Source of the DNA: an uncultured Methanosarcinales archaeon
GTDB taxonomy: Archaea > Nanobdellota > Nanobdellia > Woesearchaeales > GW2011-AR9
Length of the DNA: 64,000 bases
Reading direction: 5' to 3'
Assembly: GCA_964343575.1 (NCBI GenBank)
Contig: CAYFJV010000001.1
Location: 348,705-412,704, forward strand
The notes beneath the pieces are model-generated. The model ran no database searches, was not told where the DNA came from, and saw nothing but the letters and a program-made list of their open reading frames with translations. Shown piece after piece: positions 9,134-18,873 of this stretch (position 1 is the stretch's first letter; each line of letters starts with the position of its first letter). Made by a program: the position numbers and the translations under genes.

Positions 9134-9850
9134 ATGGATACTGAGCTGAGCTTTGGAACTGGACTTTCTCAATCACAGGCAACTGCTATAAACGCTGCTG
9201 CTGATCTTGGAAGAAGACTTCAAGACGATTTTCCTGGAATTGCAGGGAGATATAGGGGTGGAGAATTTACAGGAGTTATTGCAGAAGATTTGAGAATTTC
9301 AGGAGAATATGGGGTTTCAGATAGAGTTGCTCGGGTCGCAGTAAGATATGCTATTAGTGGGTATCCAGGAGGCTTAGGGATTGATTCTTATCTCGGATTG
9401 ATCACAGATGAATCTGAGTTAGAAGAGCTTGCATCAGAGCATAAAAGAAGAAATAGTAGAGAAACTGGAAGAAGGGAAGCAGAAGAAGGAATTGGAGTTC
9501 ATGGGAGAAGCAAAGAAGAGAGAAGAAGTTATGCTTCAAAGGCTGGAAAGGTTGGTGGAGCAGTAAGTTATGAGAGAAGAGTTGGTATTCATGGCCAAAG
9601 TAGAGAAGAGAGAAGGGAGCGTGCACTTGCTTCTCATAGAGCTAGAGGATTAACCCCTTGGTCAGAAGAAGAAGCCAAAGATGTTCTTGCAATGATGGAA
9701 GATCCAGGTTTTACTTACCAAACAGGAAATCATAGAGGCAAAAGAAATGCTAAGCTCATTGCTAGGACTTTAAATGAAAGATACCATGGAGGAGGAGTGG
9801 TGAGAACAAATAGTAGTGTTCAGTTTTATTATAAGAGTCGTAAGAAATAA
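9134..9850 (+). CDS. hypothetical protein with KGG-like repeats and possible Myb/HTH-like C-terminus
   Basis: Repeated GVHGRSKEERR / GIHGQSREERR, SKAGKVGG, TPWSEEE. Confidence 0.6.
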   Translation: MDTELSFGTGLSQSQATAINAAADLGRRLQDDFPGIAGRYRGGEFTGVIAEDLRISGEYGVSDRVARVAVRYAISGYPGGLGIDSYLGLITDESELEELASEHKRRNSRETGRREAEEGIGVHGRSKEERRSYASKAGKVGGAVSYERRVGIHGQSREERRERALASHRARGLTPWSEEEAKDVLAMMEDPGFTYQTGNHRGKRNAKLIARTLNERYHGGGVVRTNSSVQFYYKSRKK

Positions 9851-9851
9851 G

Positions 9852-10553
9852 TTAATTTTGATCCCTTGTTACATACTCTACTGCAGCCTTTGCATGAAGT
9901 TCAAGCGTATCAAAGAGAGGGAAATCCATGTTCCCTGGTTTCAGAACCAAAGGAATCTCTGTGCAACCCAAGATAGCTCCTTGCGCCCCTTCCTTCGCAA
10001 GTCTATTGATTATTTTTTTGAGTCTCTCTTTTGATTGAAAATTTATCTTTCCTAGAGCAACTTCATCATGAATTACTTTATGTATAAAATCCATTTCTTC
10101 CTCATTTGGAATAATTGTTTTGATGCTGTGCTTTTCTAAAAGTCTCTTCTTGTAAAATTCTTGTTGCATAGTGTACTTTGTTCCCAAAAGAGCAATAGTA
10201 TTAAGATTTTGATCTTTAATCGCTTGAGCAGTTACATCAATGATATGTAACAGAGGGATGTTGATCTTTTCTTGAACTTGCTCTGCAACTTTATGCACAG
10301 TGTTAGCACAGATGATGACAAAATCTGCGCCCGCCTTTTCTAGAGATTGCGCTGCGTTGGAGAGTAACTTTGCCACTTCTTCCCACTCCCCTTTCTCTTG
10401 ATGCTCTACAATCTCTTGGAAATCTACTGAGTAAACGATATTTTTAGAAGAATGAAGTTTTCCTAATGCTTTGTTTGTGTATTGATTGATGAGTTTGTAA
10501 TATTCGTGAGAAGATTCCCAACTCATACCCCCAATTAACCCAATTGTTTTCAT
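9852..10553 (-). CDS. Aspartate/glutamate racemase family (RacX/YgeA-like)
   Basis: IGLIGGMSWES; both catalytic cysteines present (CANT, GCTE). Confidence 0.92.
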   Translation of the reverse strand: MKTIGLIGGMSWESSHEYYKLINQYTNKALGKLHSSKNIVYSVDFQEIVEHQEKGEWEEVAKLLSNAAQSLEKAGADFVIICANTVHKVAEQVQEKINIPLLHIIDVTAQAIKDQNLNTIALLGTKYTMQQEFYKKRLLEKHSIKTIIPNEEEMDFIHKVIHDEVALGKINFQSKERLKKIINRLAKEGAQGAILGCTEIPLVLKPGNMDFPLFDTLELHAKAAVEYVTRDQN

Positions 10554-10684
10554 TTTTTATTGGTAAGAGAAAGAACTTTAAATCTTTTTCTTAGAATTCA
10601 ACACTAGCTTTATATAGCTCTTTTTCTTCTCTTTGTTTAGTTTATTTGTATTGTTTATTCATAACTTAAGAGGTTGGTGTTATT

Positions 10685-11605
10685 ATGAAATTTGCTTTTA
10701 TTGGTTTAGGTCGCATGGGTGCTGCTATGGTGCGGAACGTTACTGAAAGTGGTCACAAGGTGGTTGCTTACAATCGAAGTCCAGAAAAAACAAAAAAACT
10801 TTCTCGAAAAAAAGGAATTACTGGAGCTTATTCTTTTGAAGAGCTAGTTGATAAACTTCCTAAGCGTAAAATTGTCTGGCTTATGATTCCTGCAGGAAAA
10901 CCCGTTGATATGGTGTTAAAGGAACTAGTTCCTTTGTTGAAGCGTGGAGATATTGTTATTGATGGAGGAAATTCTTGGTTTAAAGATTCGCAACGCCGTG
11001 CTTCTTTGCTGAAGAAGAGAGGGATTTATTATCTTGACTGTGGTACCTCTGGCGGCATTGAAGGAGCACGTCGCGGAGCTTGTATGATGGTTGGTGGAGA
11101 TAAGAAAGCCTTTGCAACTGTTGAGAATTTGTTCAAATCCATGTGTGTGAAGAATGGTTATGGTTACATGGGCAAAAGTGGCGCAGGACACTTCGTAAAA
11201 ATGGTGCACAATGGCATTGAGTATGGCATGGTAGGCGCCATTGATGAAGGTATGGAAGCTGTGCGTAAATATGCTGGGGAGTTTGGCACTGATATGAAAA
11301 CAGTTGCTAAAGTCTATGCTCATGGAAGTATCATTGATGGGAAACTTACTAAGTGGCTCTATGCTGCGTTTGAAAGCGGCATGATTAAGAATGTTTCTTG
11401 CGCAGTTCCGGTTGGTGAAACTGAGAAAGAGATGAGGAAGTTGGAAAAGATGGCCCCTATGCCTGTTCTAAAGCAATCTCGCTTGATTCGCGTTCGTTCT
11501 CGTCGTGGAAACTTTTGTGCGCAAAGTATTGCCGCTATGCGTAATCTTTGGGGTGGTCATAAGACCTTGAAGAAAGGAGATAAAAGAAAGTCTGAGAAGA
11601 AGTGA
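10685..11605 (+). CDS. gnd: 6-phosphogluconate dehydrogenase (decarboxylating, short form)
   Basis: GLGRMG, IDGGNS, DCGTSGG, GHFVKMVHNGIEYG. Confidence 0.92.
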   Translation: MKFAFIGLGRMGAAMVRNVTESGHKVVAYNRSPEKTKKLSRKKGITGAYSFEELVDKLPKRKIVWLMIPAGKPVDMVLKELVPLLKRGDIVIDGGNSWFKDSQRRASLLKKRGIYYLDCGTSGGIEGARRGACMMVGGDKKAFATVENLFKSMCVKNGYGYMGKSGAGHFVKMVHNGIEYGMVGAIDEGMEAVRKYAGEFGTDMKTVAKVYAHGSIIDGKLTKWLYAAFESGMIKNVSCAVPVGETEKEMRKLEKMAPMPVLKQSRLIRVRSRRGNFCAQSIAAMRNLWGGHKTLKKGDKRKSEKK

Positions 11606-11622
11606 GATGCTTTGGTGTTTAG

Positions 11623-12315
11623 ATGGTAAAGATTGTTCAATCGAAGAGTCGCGCTACTGCTGAAAAAAAGGCTGCGCAAGTAATTGCTGCTGCATTGCGT
11701 AGGATAGTAAAGAAGAAAGGCAGAGCTGTGCTTGCAGTCCCTGGCGGGAGGAGTGTTTCTGAAGTGTTTCGTTTATTAAGCGCCGCTCGTGTTGATTGGT
11801 CAAAGGTGCATATTTTTATGGTTGATGAGCGACTTGTGCCACTTGGTCACAAAGATTCTAACTTTAACTTAGTTGAAGAGAACTTGCTTCTTGAGTTTTT
11901 GAAGAAGAGAAAGGTCCATTTGGAAAACATTCATCCCTTCTTGTTTCGTAAGAAGGCTGCGGACTTTGGTTTGGGCGAATATGCTCGTGAGTTAAAGCGT
12001 GTTGGTGGTGGCTACGATGTTGTGCTTTTGAGTTCTGGTGAAGATGGGCACGTTGGAGCGTTGTATCCAAAGCATGCTAGTGTGCGCAGTAAGGCTAAAT
12101 ATTTTCTTTCCATGAAAGATAGTCCAAAGCCTCCTTCTTTGCGTATGACAATGAGTAAGCAGTTGTTGCTTGACTCTGATACGGCAGTTGTTTTGTTTTT
12201 TGGTGAGGGTAAGAGGGTGGCTTTTGAGAAGTTTTTGGATGAAGATCTTGGCGTTGCTGATTGTCCTGCAAAGATTGTATCTTCTGTGAAAAATGGTTTT
12301 GTATTTAGGGCTTAA
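11623..12315 (+). CDS. pgl: 6-phosphogluconolactonase
   Basis: PGGRS, MVDER, SN, GEDGH.GALYP, SPKPP..RMT; directly follows gnd. Confidence 0.88.
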   Translation: MVKIVQSKSRATAEKKAAQVIAAALRRIVKKKGRAVLAVPGGRSVSEVFRLLSAARVDWSKVHIFMVDERLVPLGHKDSNFNLVEENLLLEFLKKRKVHLENIHPFLFRKKAADFGLGEYARELKRVGGGYDVVLLSSGEDGHVGALYPKHASVRSKAKYFLSMKDSPKPPSLRMTMSKQLLLDSDTAVVLFFGEGKRVAFEKFLDEDLGVADCPAKIVSSVKNGFVFRA

Positions 12316-12363
12316 CGACGTGAACTCGCAACTTTTATAAGGCAGGAAAACTGCCCATGTCTT

Positions 12364-12999
12364 ATGAAATCTATTAAAGAGAGTTTAGAATGGCGATACG
12401 CAACAAAGAAATTTGATGCAACTAAGAAAATTTCTGATGAAGATCTTAATGAACTGCTTGAATCCCTACGATTAACCCCTTCTTCTTTTGGACTTGAGCC
12501 ATGGAAGTTTATTGTAGTGACTGATAAAGAACTTCGTGAAAAGTTAAAGGCAGCTTCTTGGAATCAGAGCCAGGTAACTGATGCTTCTCATCACATTGTG
12601 CTTTGTGTAAGGAAGAATATTGATGAAGCCTATGTGGATAGATTTATTGCTCGTATTGCAAAGACTCGTGGTAAGAGTGTTGAAGATCTGAAAGGTTATA
12701 AGGACATGATGTGGAGATCTATTAGTAAGATGGATCAAAAGAGCATTGAAGAGTGGAATAAAAAACAGGCGTTCATTGCTCTTGGATTTTTAATGTCTGC
12801 TTGCGCCACGAAAGGCATTGATAGCTGCCCCATGGAAGGATTTGATGCTAAAACTTATGATGAGCTCTTAGGGCTTGCTGGCGGCGAGTATACAACAGCT
12901 GTACTTTGTCCGGTTGGTTATCGAGCAGAAGATGATCCTTACATTGCTAAGAAAAAAGTGCGCTTTGCAATGGATGAGGTTGTTGAATTCAAGAATTAA
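12364..12999 (+). CDS. NAD(P)H nitroreductase (NfsB-like)
   Basis: WRYATKKFD, PSSFGLEPWKF, DSCPMEGFD, GYR. Confidence 0.92.
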   Translation: MKSIKESLEWRYATKKFDATKKISDEDLNELLESLRLTPSSFGLEPWKFIVVTDKELREKLKAASWNQSQVTDASHHIVLCVRKNIDEAYVDRFIARIAKTRGKSVEDLKGYKDMMWRSISKMDQKSIEEWNKKQAFIALGFLMSACATKGIDSCPMEGFDAKTYDELLGLAGGEYTTAVLCPVGYRAEDDPYIAKKKVRFAMDEVVEFKN

Positions 13000-13004
13000 T
13001 TTTT

Positions 13005-13682
13005 TTATCTCTTTAAATGCTTCTTATAGAGATCAAAGTTCTTACAAGCATGTGGCTGAATTTGTTTATCTGCGTAGTATTTATCAATTAAGTCAATTGC
13101 TTGGCTACAATTCTTTGCAATGAAAACAAAATTGAAATCCTCTTTGTTCATCAGTTTCTTATTAGCCATCTCTTTTTTGATCCAATCAAGAAGTCCCTGC
13201 CAGTGAGAGCCAAGAAGAATGATAGGCATTTCACAGATGTGGTGTACTTGCACTAATTGCCAAGTGTAAAGAAGCTCGAGCAAGGTGCCGATACCCCCTG
13301 GGGCTACTACAACTACATCTGAGAGTTCCATGAAGGAGTCTAGTCTGTTAGAGAACTTGCCAAAGTCTTTTTTGATGTCGAGATGATAACCATTCCTTTG
13401 TTCCATTGGAAGTTTAATGGTTAGCCCAATTGAATGGGCAGTTGCTTGTGATCCCTTACTCTTTCTTCCTTGATGGTGGCCACGGCTCGCAGCATCCATG
13501 AGCCCAGGACCACCTCCGGTCACCACATCAATATTTCTTTGCGCAAGAAGTTTTGCAAGTCGTTCAACTAGTTTGTACCTTGGATCATTCTTTTTGATAC
13601 GAGCTGAGCCAAAGATAGCCACGCGAAAGTGTTCTTCCTTGATCTTTGGTTTTCGAATAAAATGTTTTTTGAGTGCCTTCAT
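13005..13682 (-). CDS. LOG family nucleotide phosphoribohydrolase
   Basis: FGSAR, TGGGPGLM, PGGIGTLLE. Confidence 0.9.
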   Translation of the reverse strand: MKALKKHFIRKPKIKEEHFRVAIFGSARIKKNDPRYKLVERLAKLLAQRNIDVVTGGGPGLMDAASRGHHQGRKSKGSQATAHSIGLTIKLPMEQRNGYHLDIKKDFGKFSNRLDSFMELSDVVVVAPGGIGTLLELLYTWQLVQVHHICEMPIILLGSHWQGLLDWIKKEMANKKLMNKEDFNFVFIAKNCSQAIDLIDKYYADKQIQPHACKNFDLYKKHLKR

Positions 13683-13695
13683 TTTTTCTTTTTCC

Positions 13696-14349
13696 TTATC
13701 TTTTCTGTTTCTTTTCTCTTTTAATTATGAACCCTGCTGCATCCTTGAAGTTCTTTGCTAGGTAGATTCTGCTTTTATACTTTCTCTTGAGTGCTTCAAT
13801 CTTTTCTTGTTCTTGCGCTTCTCCTTTGAAAGGGATATAAATTCCGATTCCTTTTGCATTGATAGCTGTTTGTAGGTCAGATGCACGATCTCCAATGACA
13901 TAAAGCTTTACATCACTACGTTTTACACCTTCTGCTTTGAGTGAGCTGAAAACCATCCCTAAACGTGGTTTGATACAGCTACAGTTGCAGACAAGCTTTT
14001 TGTGAAAAGTTCTCTCTGCTCTTCTTTTTGTGTAAGCGGGGCTTGCATGCGTGCAAACAAAGTAACCATCTAGGAAAGCTTTTTTCTTCTTAAAGAGATC
14101 AAAGATGTATTGACTTACTTGATATGCTCGCTGCTCTGTTAAGAGTTTGAACTCCTTTACTGCAACTCCTGGCTGATTAGTGATCATGTAAAGTCGAATT
14201 TGTGGTATTTTTTGCAGTTCCTTTATTCCGCTTGTAACACCAGGGAGGATCTTGATCTTTTTTTTCCAATCGTTGCTTCTTCCTAAGTGATACTTATCAT
14301 CATAAATGAGGGTTCCATCACGATCAAGACAGATGATTGTTTTTTTCAT
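13696..14349 (-). CDS. HAD-IIIA phosphatase (GmhB/HisB-like)
   Basis: LDRDGTL, TNQPG, CxH...CxCxKP, GDRASD; start taken as MKKTII. Confidence 0.85.
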   Translation of the reverse strand: MKKTIICLDRDGTLIYDDKYHLGRSNDWKKKIKILPGVTSGIKELQKIPQIRLYMITNQPGVAVKEFKLLTEQRAYQVSQYIFDLFKKKKAFLDGYFVCTHASPAYTKRRAERTFHKKLVCNCSCIKPRLGMVFSSLKAEGVKRSDVKLYVIGDRASDLQTAINAKGIGIYIPFKGEAQEQEKIEALKRKYKSRIYLAKNFKDAAGFIIKREKKQKR

Positions 14350-14404
14350 TGTTTTTCTTTGTTCCCTCTTTAGTAGGAGGTTTAGCAGGAAAGGAAGTAA
14401 GAAT

Positions 14405-15793
14405 TTAAGGAATCCAGTGGAGTTTATGCTTCTTCTCCCAGCCACGCAGTTGCTTTGGCCCAGAGCTTCCTTTTTTATACTTGTAAATTTTTTTCCCTCT
14501 CTTTCTTTTTTCAACTGCATCAATTATTCTCCAAGCGTACTCAATCTCATCGTTGCGCACAAAAGTGGACTGGTTTCCTGCAATAACATCAGCTAAAAGA
14601 ACCTCATAAGCTTGTGGGCTGTTTGGCCCGAAATAACAGTCCTCACAGAAATCCATTTTCACAGGAGTTACCTGGTTTTTCCTTGGAAGCTTTGCGTTGA
14701 GCTCAAGAGAAAACCCACTGTTGGGTTGTACGCGCATAATGAAGGCATTGGTACTGCTAGGACAAGAGCTACTGAGCTTACAAGCTACTTTCTTGAACTT
14801 GACATAGATTGTTACTTCTTTTTTATCAAGAGCTTTTCCAACTTTAATATAGAAAGGAACGCCCTTCCATCGTTTATTGTTTATCCGACAATGCAGGGCA
14901 GCAAAAGTTTCAGTATTCGTTCCAAGTTTTACTCCCCTTGTATTTCCATAACCTTGATATTGAGCTAAAAGAAAATCTTTGATCTTTGTTTTTTTGAGTA
15001 TTTTGGCTTTTTCTGCCCTAACAGAGTTTCCATTGATCGTACGAGGACTTTCCATTGCAGTGAGAGCAAGAAGTTGCAGCGCATGATTTTGTACTACATC
15101 TTTAAGCGCACCATATTTGTCATAGAAAGCTGCTCGATGCTTAATATCTAATCTCTCAGATAAGACGATGTGTACTGCTTCGATATGTTCTCTTGACCAC
15201 AGCGGCTCTAGAATCCTATTTGTGAAACGCATGAGTGCTATATTTCCCACCAACTCTTTTCCGAGGTAATGGTCAATGCGGTAAATTTGCTTTTCTGAAA
15301 AGACACGTTTGAGACATTTGTTAATTTGTTTTGCTGTTTTGAGATCTTCTCCAAAGGGCTTTTCAAAAACAAGCCGTGACCAGCATTGCTTTTTTGCTTT
15401 TGCTATTTTTGTTCTTGCTAAATGTTTGCTGATTGTGTTGAAGTGCTCGGGGAGAGTGGCGAGATAAAAGATTCTGTTTCCTTTGAGTTTTTCCTCTTGT
15501 TCAATATGTCTTATAAGAGCAGCAAAAGAGTCATAATTGTTCGCATTGTAAAAATCTAATTTCTGATAGACGAAGGCTTGCTCAACTTTTTTCCAGACAG
15601 CCTTGTTTGGTTTTTTAATGAAAGTTTTTGCCTCCCTGAGGATCTTTGTTCTTGCTCTTGAACTTCTTGCGCCCCCGATAATAACAAAATTTTTGAGTTT
15701 TTTATCCTTAACAAGATGGTAAATTGCTGGAAGGAGTTTGCGTTTAGTAAGATCTCCTGTTGCTCCTAGAATTACAAAAGTAACATCTTCCAT
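14405..15793 (-). CDS. zwf: Glucose-6-phosphate 1-dehydrogenase
   Basis: GATGDLTKRKL, EKPFG, RIDHYLGKE, DVVQNH. Confidence 0.95.
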   Translation of the reverse strand: MEDVTFVILGATGDLTKRKLLPAIYHLVKDKKLKNFVIIGGARSSRARTKILREAKTFIKKPNKAVWKKVEQAFVYQKLDFYNANNYDSFAALIRHIEQEEKLKGNRIFYLATLPEHFNTISKHLARTKIAKAKKQCWSRLVFEKPFGEDLKTAKQINKCLKRVFSEKQIYRIDHYLGKELVGNIALMRFTNRILEPLWSREHIEAVHIVLSERLDIKHRAAFYDKYGALKDVVQNHALQLLALTAMESPRTINGNSVRAEKAKILKKTKIKDFLLAQYQGYGNTRGVKLGTNTETFAALHCRINNKRWKGVPFYIKVGKALDKKEVTIYVKFKKVACKLSSSCPSSTNAFIMRVQPNSGFSLELNAKLPRKNQVTPVKMDFCEDCYFGPNSPQAYEVLLADVIAGNQSTFVRNDEIEYAWRIIDAVEKRKRGKKIYKYKKGSSGPKQLRGWEKKHKLHWIP

Positions 15794-15827
15794 TTTATCC
15801 TGCGTGATTCAATAATTTGCCCAATAC

Positions 15828-16820
15828 TTACTCTACAATTGGTTTAATAGTATGACCGAATTCTTTGGAAACTTTCTTACAATAAGCGGCAATGTTTCTC
15901 TTAAACCAGGCTGGCTGTTTCTTCTGGATCTTTCCCACAAGATAATAACTGATAGCCATCATAGCAGCGTATCCTGCTCGTTTTGGCAGGGGCACGTGAA
16001 AGTGATTTTTTCCATAAAGCGTTAGAGCTGACTTTCTTGGCTTTTTTCCAAAGGTAATGAAAAGCTCATCATTTGCTGGCACTACTGTTGTCGCATGTTT
16101 TACATATTCAAATGTCTCAATGTCCCGTGAAATGTTCCTTCCGAAAAGTTCAATAAACTTGACGTTGAGCAGGCGAATAATGCCTTCAAACTCTTCTGGC
16201 ACAACAAGATAGTATTTTCTATACTTGGCAAAGCGAGGTAAGCGCTTCTTATCGATTGTTTTTTTGATGAAGTTTAGAATTCTTTCTGGATTTTCCTTAG
16301 TATGGCCAAAGATCATCCCCATGTAGGTTGAAGTGTTATAAGTGTAAGGCTCTCTGTTTTTTGGGAAGACATATTCATCATGAGGATGTTTTTGATCAAG
16401 AAACTGTTTAGCAAGAGAATTCTGGGTGTTTGTAACAAGCGTTACATGTTTTTTGAAACGTTTTGCTTCTTTTGCAATAATCGGTGCATGCTTAGCCCCG
16501 GAAGCACTAATGAGCACCACGCCATCAATTGCCTTGATTGCCTTAAGCTTCTCTTTGAAGTTTGATTCGTCAGCAAAAACTGCATCGGTATTTCTAAAAA
16601 TAATTTTTCCTGTTGCTGCTGCGTTGCCGCTGCCAACCACTAGTGGGCGCTTGTAAGGTATCTTCATCTTAGGAAAGCTAGACTGGCGTTTGAAAAGCTC
16701 GAGGGATGCTAAAACACAAACATCAAGATCAGGAATTGTCCTGAGCGTGAAAGAATCCATTATGAGCTCATGTATGCCTTTCTTTGGAGCTCGTTTAACC
16801 TTTTTTTTTCTTTTGAACAT
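15828..16820 (-). CDS. SIS-domain sugar-phosphate isomerase (candidate PGI/PMI-like)
   Basis: VVGSGNA, ISASG, KFIEL, EYVKH; located between tal and zwf. Confidence 0.65.
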   Translation of the reverse strand: MFKRKKKVKRAPKKGIHELIMDSFTLRTIPDLDVCVLASLELFKRQSSFPKMKIPYKRPLVVGSGNAAATGKIIFRNTDAVFADESNFKEKLKAIKAIDGVVLISASGAKHAPIIAKEAKRFKKHVTLVTNTQNSLAKQFLDQKHPHDEYVFPKNREPYTYNTSTYMGMIFGHTKENPERILNFIKKTIDKKRLPRFAKYRKYYLVVPEEFEGIIRLLNVKFIELFGRNISRDIETFEYVKHATTVVPANDELFITFGKKPRKSALTLYGKNHFHVPLPKRAGYAAMMAISYYLVGKIQKKQPAWFKRNIAAYCKKVSKEFGHTIKPIVE

Positions 16821-16836
16821 CTTTTCATCTCTTTTT

Positions 16837-17694
16837 TCATCTCTTCTTTGTAAAGAAACTGCTTTTACTTTTTGTGAGAGCAACATACTCTGGAACAATA
16901 TCTTTGGTGAATTTTTTCATCCCCTCATAGGTTTTTTGGTGTTTAAGCATATCTTGAATTACTGAGAAAGGAAGGGTTGCAATGTCTGCGCCAACTTGGG
17001 CTGCTTCTCTCACTTGTCTTGTATTTCTTAAAGATGCGGCAAGTACTTCTGTTTTAAATCCATACTGTTTGAGAATTCCTACACATCTTGCAACAAGACC
17101 AATCCCAGAGTAAATACCATTGTCTTGAACAAGTTTCCTTCCTCCTTTTGCAGGCTTTCCAGTCATAGGATAATAATCATGCTTATCAAACTTTATCCCA
17201 TTACTTTTTCTGAGTAAATCATCAATCCTTCCTGCAAAGGGGCTTACAAAACTTGCTCCTGCTTTTGCTGCAAGCAGCGCTTGCTCAGGAGTGAAAATAA
17301 GTGTGCAATTTGTTGGAATTTTTGCTTTGCTCAAAGCTTTGATAGCAATGATACCATCAAAATGAGTGGGGTCACTGTCTTTAAATGCTGGATTGATGGG
17401 GATTTTTATGTAAACGTTCTTTGCAATTGGGTTGAAGAGTTTGTAGAGGGCCTTGCCCTGTTTGATCATTCTTTCTGCAGTTGTTTCAGTTACTTCCAGG
17501 CTTACTGGGGTTCCTTTAGCAACTTTGAGAATCTCTTTGATGTATGATTTTAGATCAAGATTTTTGTTTTTCTTTTTTCTCTTTTGAACAGCTTTTTTCA
17601 TTAAAGAAGGATTGGTTGTGATTCCATCAGCAATGCCCCAGGCAAAGGCTTGCTTAATTTCATCAAGGTCCGCACTATCAATAAAGATTTTCAT
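16837..17694 (-). CDS. tal: Transaldolase (short TalC/FSA family)
   Basis: IFIDSA, GITTNPSL, SLEV, Schiff-base YIKIP, SPFAGRIDD, AASLR. Confidence 0.9.
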   Translation of the reverse strand: MKIFIDSADLDEIKQAFAWGIADGITTNPSLMKKAVQKRKKKNKNLDLKSYIKEILKVAKGTPVSLEVTETTAERMIKQGKALYKLFNPIAKNVYIKIPINPAFKDSDPTHFDGIIAIKALSKAKIPTNCTLIFTPEQALLAAKAGASFVSPFAGRIDDLLRKSNGIKFDKHDYYPMTGKPAKGGRKLVQDNGIYSGIGLVARCVGILKQYGFKTEVLAASLRNTRQVREAAQVGADIATLPFSVIQDMLKHQKTYEGMKKFTKDIVPEYVALTKSKSSFFTKKR

Positions 17695-17856
17695 GTTCTA
17701 TCACCACAGCAAAATGCTTGAAATATAGCTTCTAGACAATATTTTGGTGTTTTTAATGCTTTTGGCAAATTATCCTCTCGTCGATAATTTTTACTTTTGA
17801 TAGTTAAGTTTTTATTTGGGAACTAGTTTGCCAGAAACAAAGTAGTTGATCCATGT

Positions 17857-18861
17857 ATGGTAGAAAAAATTAGCGTTAAAGAAGCACTTTTGCTAGAAAA
17901 CAGCATTGTTATTGATACGAGAAGTCCAAAAGAGTATGCGCTTGACCATCTACCAAAGAGCATCAACGTTCCAATTTTTTCTAATGAAGAGCGCGTTATT
18001 GTTGGTACTATTTACAAACAGATCTCTCGAGAGAAGGCAGTTGAGGAAGGGATTAAAATCTTTAGTAAGAACTTGCCAGATATGATGCAAATAATTGACC
18101 AACATAAGGATAAGCAGCTTATTATTCAGTGTTGGCGAGGAGGAATGCGCTCACGGGCCCTTGCTGCCTTTTTAGATTCTCTTGGTTATAGAGTTTTTCA
18201 GTTAAGTGGCGGCTATAAAGCCTTTCGAGCTTATGTTCGTGAAGCACTTGCAGAATATGTAGTTGACCCAAAGTTTGTGGTCTTACATGGTTTGACTGGT
18301 AGCGGAAAAACAGAGCTTCTTGGAAAGTTCCCCAATGTAATTGATCTTGAAGGACTGGCTGGCCATCGAGGAAGTGTTTTTGGTGGCATTGGTCTTGAGC
18401 AGAACTCCCAAAAACGTTTTGAAAATTTGTTGTGGCAGGAGCTTGAGCGGCTTCATGGAGAGGAATTTGTTCTCATTGAGGGAGAGAGCAAACGTATTGG
18501 TGGCGTGGTGATGCCAGAATTCTTGTGGCAAGCCATGCGTCGTGGGCTTAAAGTGAGTGTGGAGCGAAGTTTGCGAGGGCGTGCTCAGGCAATTGTTAAA
18601 GAATATTTTGATAGTAAAGAGAAGCGTGAAGAAGTGAAGAGAATTACGCTCGGGTTGAAAAGAAATATTAGCAAAAAGAGAAAGCAAGAAGTTGTTGATT
18701 TGATTGATGCTGGCTCTTATATTGAAGCAGTTGAAATTTTGCTGCATGATTATTATGATCCCTTGTATGGTCATACTCTAAAGGATGTGCATTGTTCTTA
18801 TACTGTAGATAATAGTAATATTGAAAAAGCTGCAGAACAACTGAGAAAGATTATGCAGTAA
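17857..18861 (+). CDS. selU: tRNA 2-selenouridine synthase (rhodanese plus P-loop)
   Basis: DTRSP.EY, CWRGGMRS, GGYKAFR, GLTGSGKT, DLEGLA.HRGS.FG, EGESKRIG, YYDPLY. Confidence 0.93.
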   Translation: MVEKISVKEALLLENSIVIDTRSPKEYALDHLPKSINVPIFSNEERVIVGTIYKQISREKAVEEGIKIFSKNLPDMMQIIDQHKDKQLIIQCWRGGMRSRALAAFLDSLGYRVFQLSGGYKAFRAYVREALAEYVVDPKFVVLHGLTGSGKTELLGKFPNVIDLEGLAGHRGSVFGGIGLEQNSQKRFENLLWQELERLHGEEFVLIEGESKRIGGVVMPEFLWQAMRRGLKVSVERSLRGRAQAIVKEYFDSKEKREEVKRITLGLKRNISKKRKQEVVDLIDAGSYIEAVEILLHDYYDPLYGHTLKDVHCSYTVDNSNIEKAAEQLRKIMQ

Positions 18862-18873
18862 AACGCGAGATGT

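Noticed and set aside
14350..14523. Long N-terminal ORF-track extensions (HAD; likewise SIS, YchF, HTH-10 and the 8954 ORF)
   Set aside because: They overlap neighbouring genes or promoters; downstream ATGs match the family N-termini.
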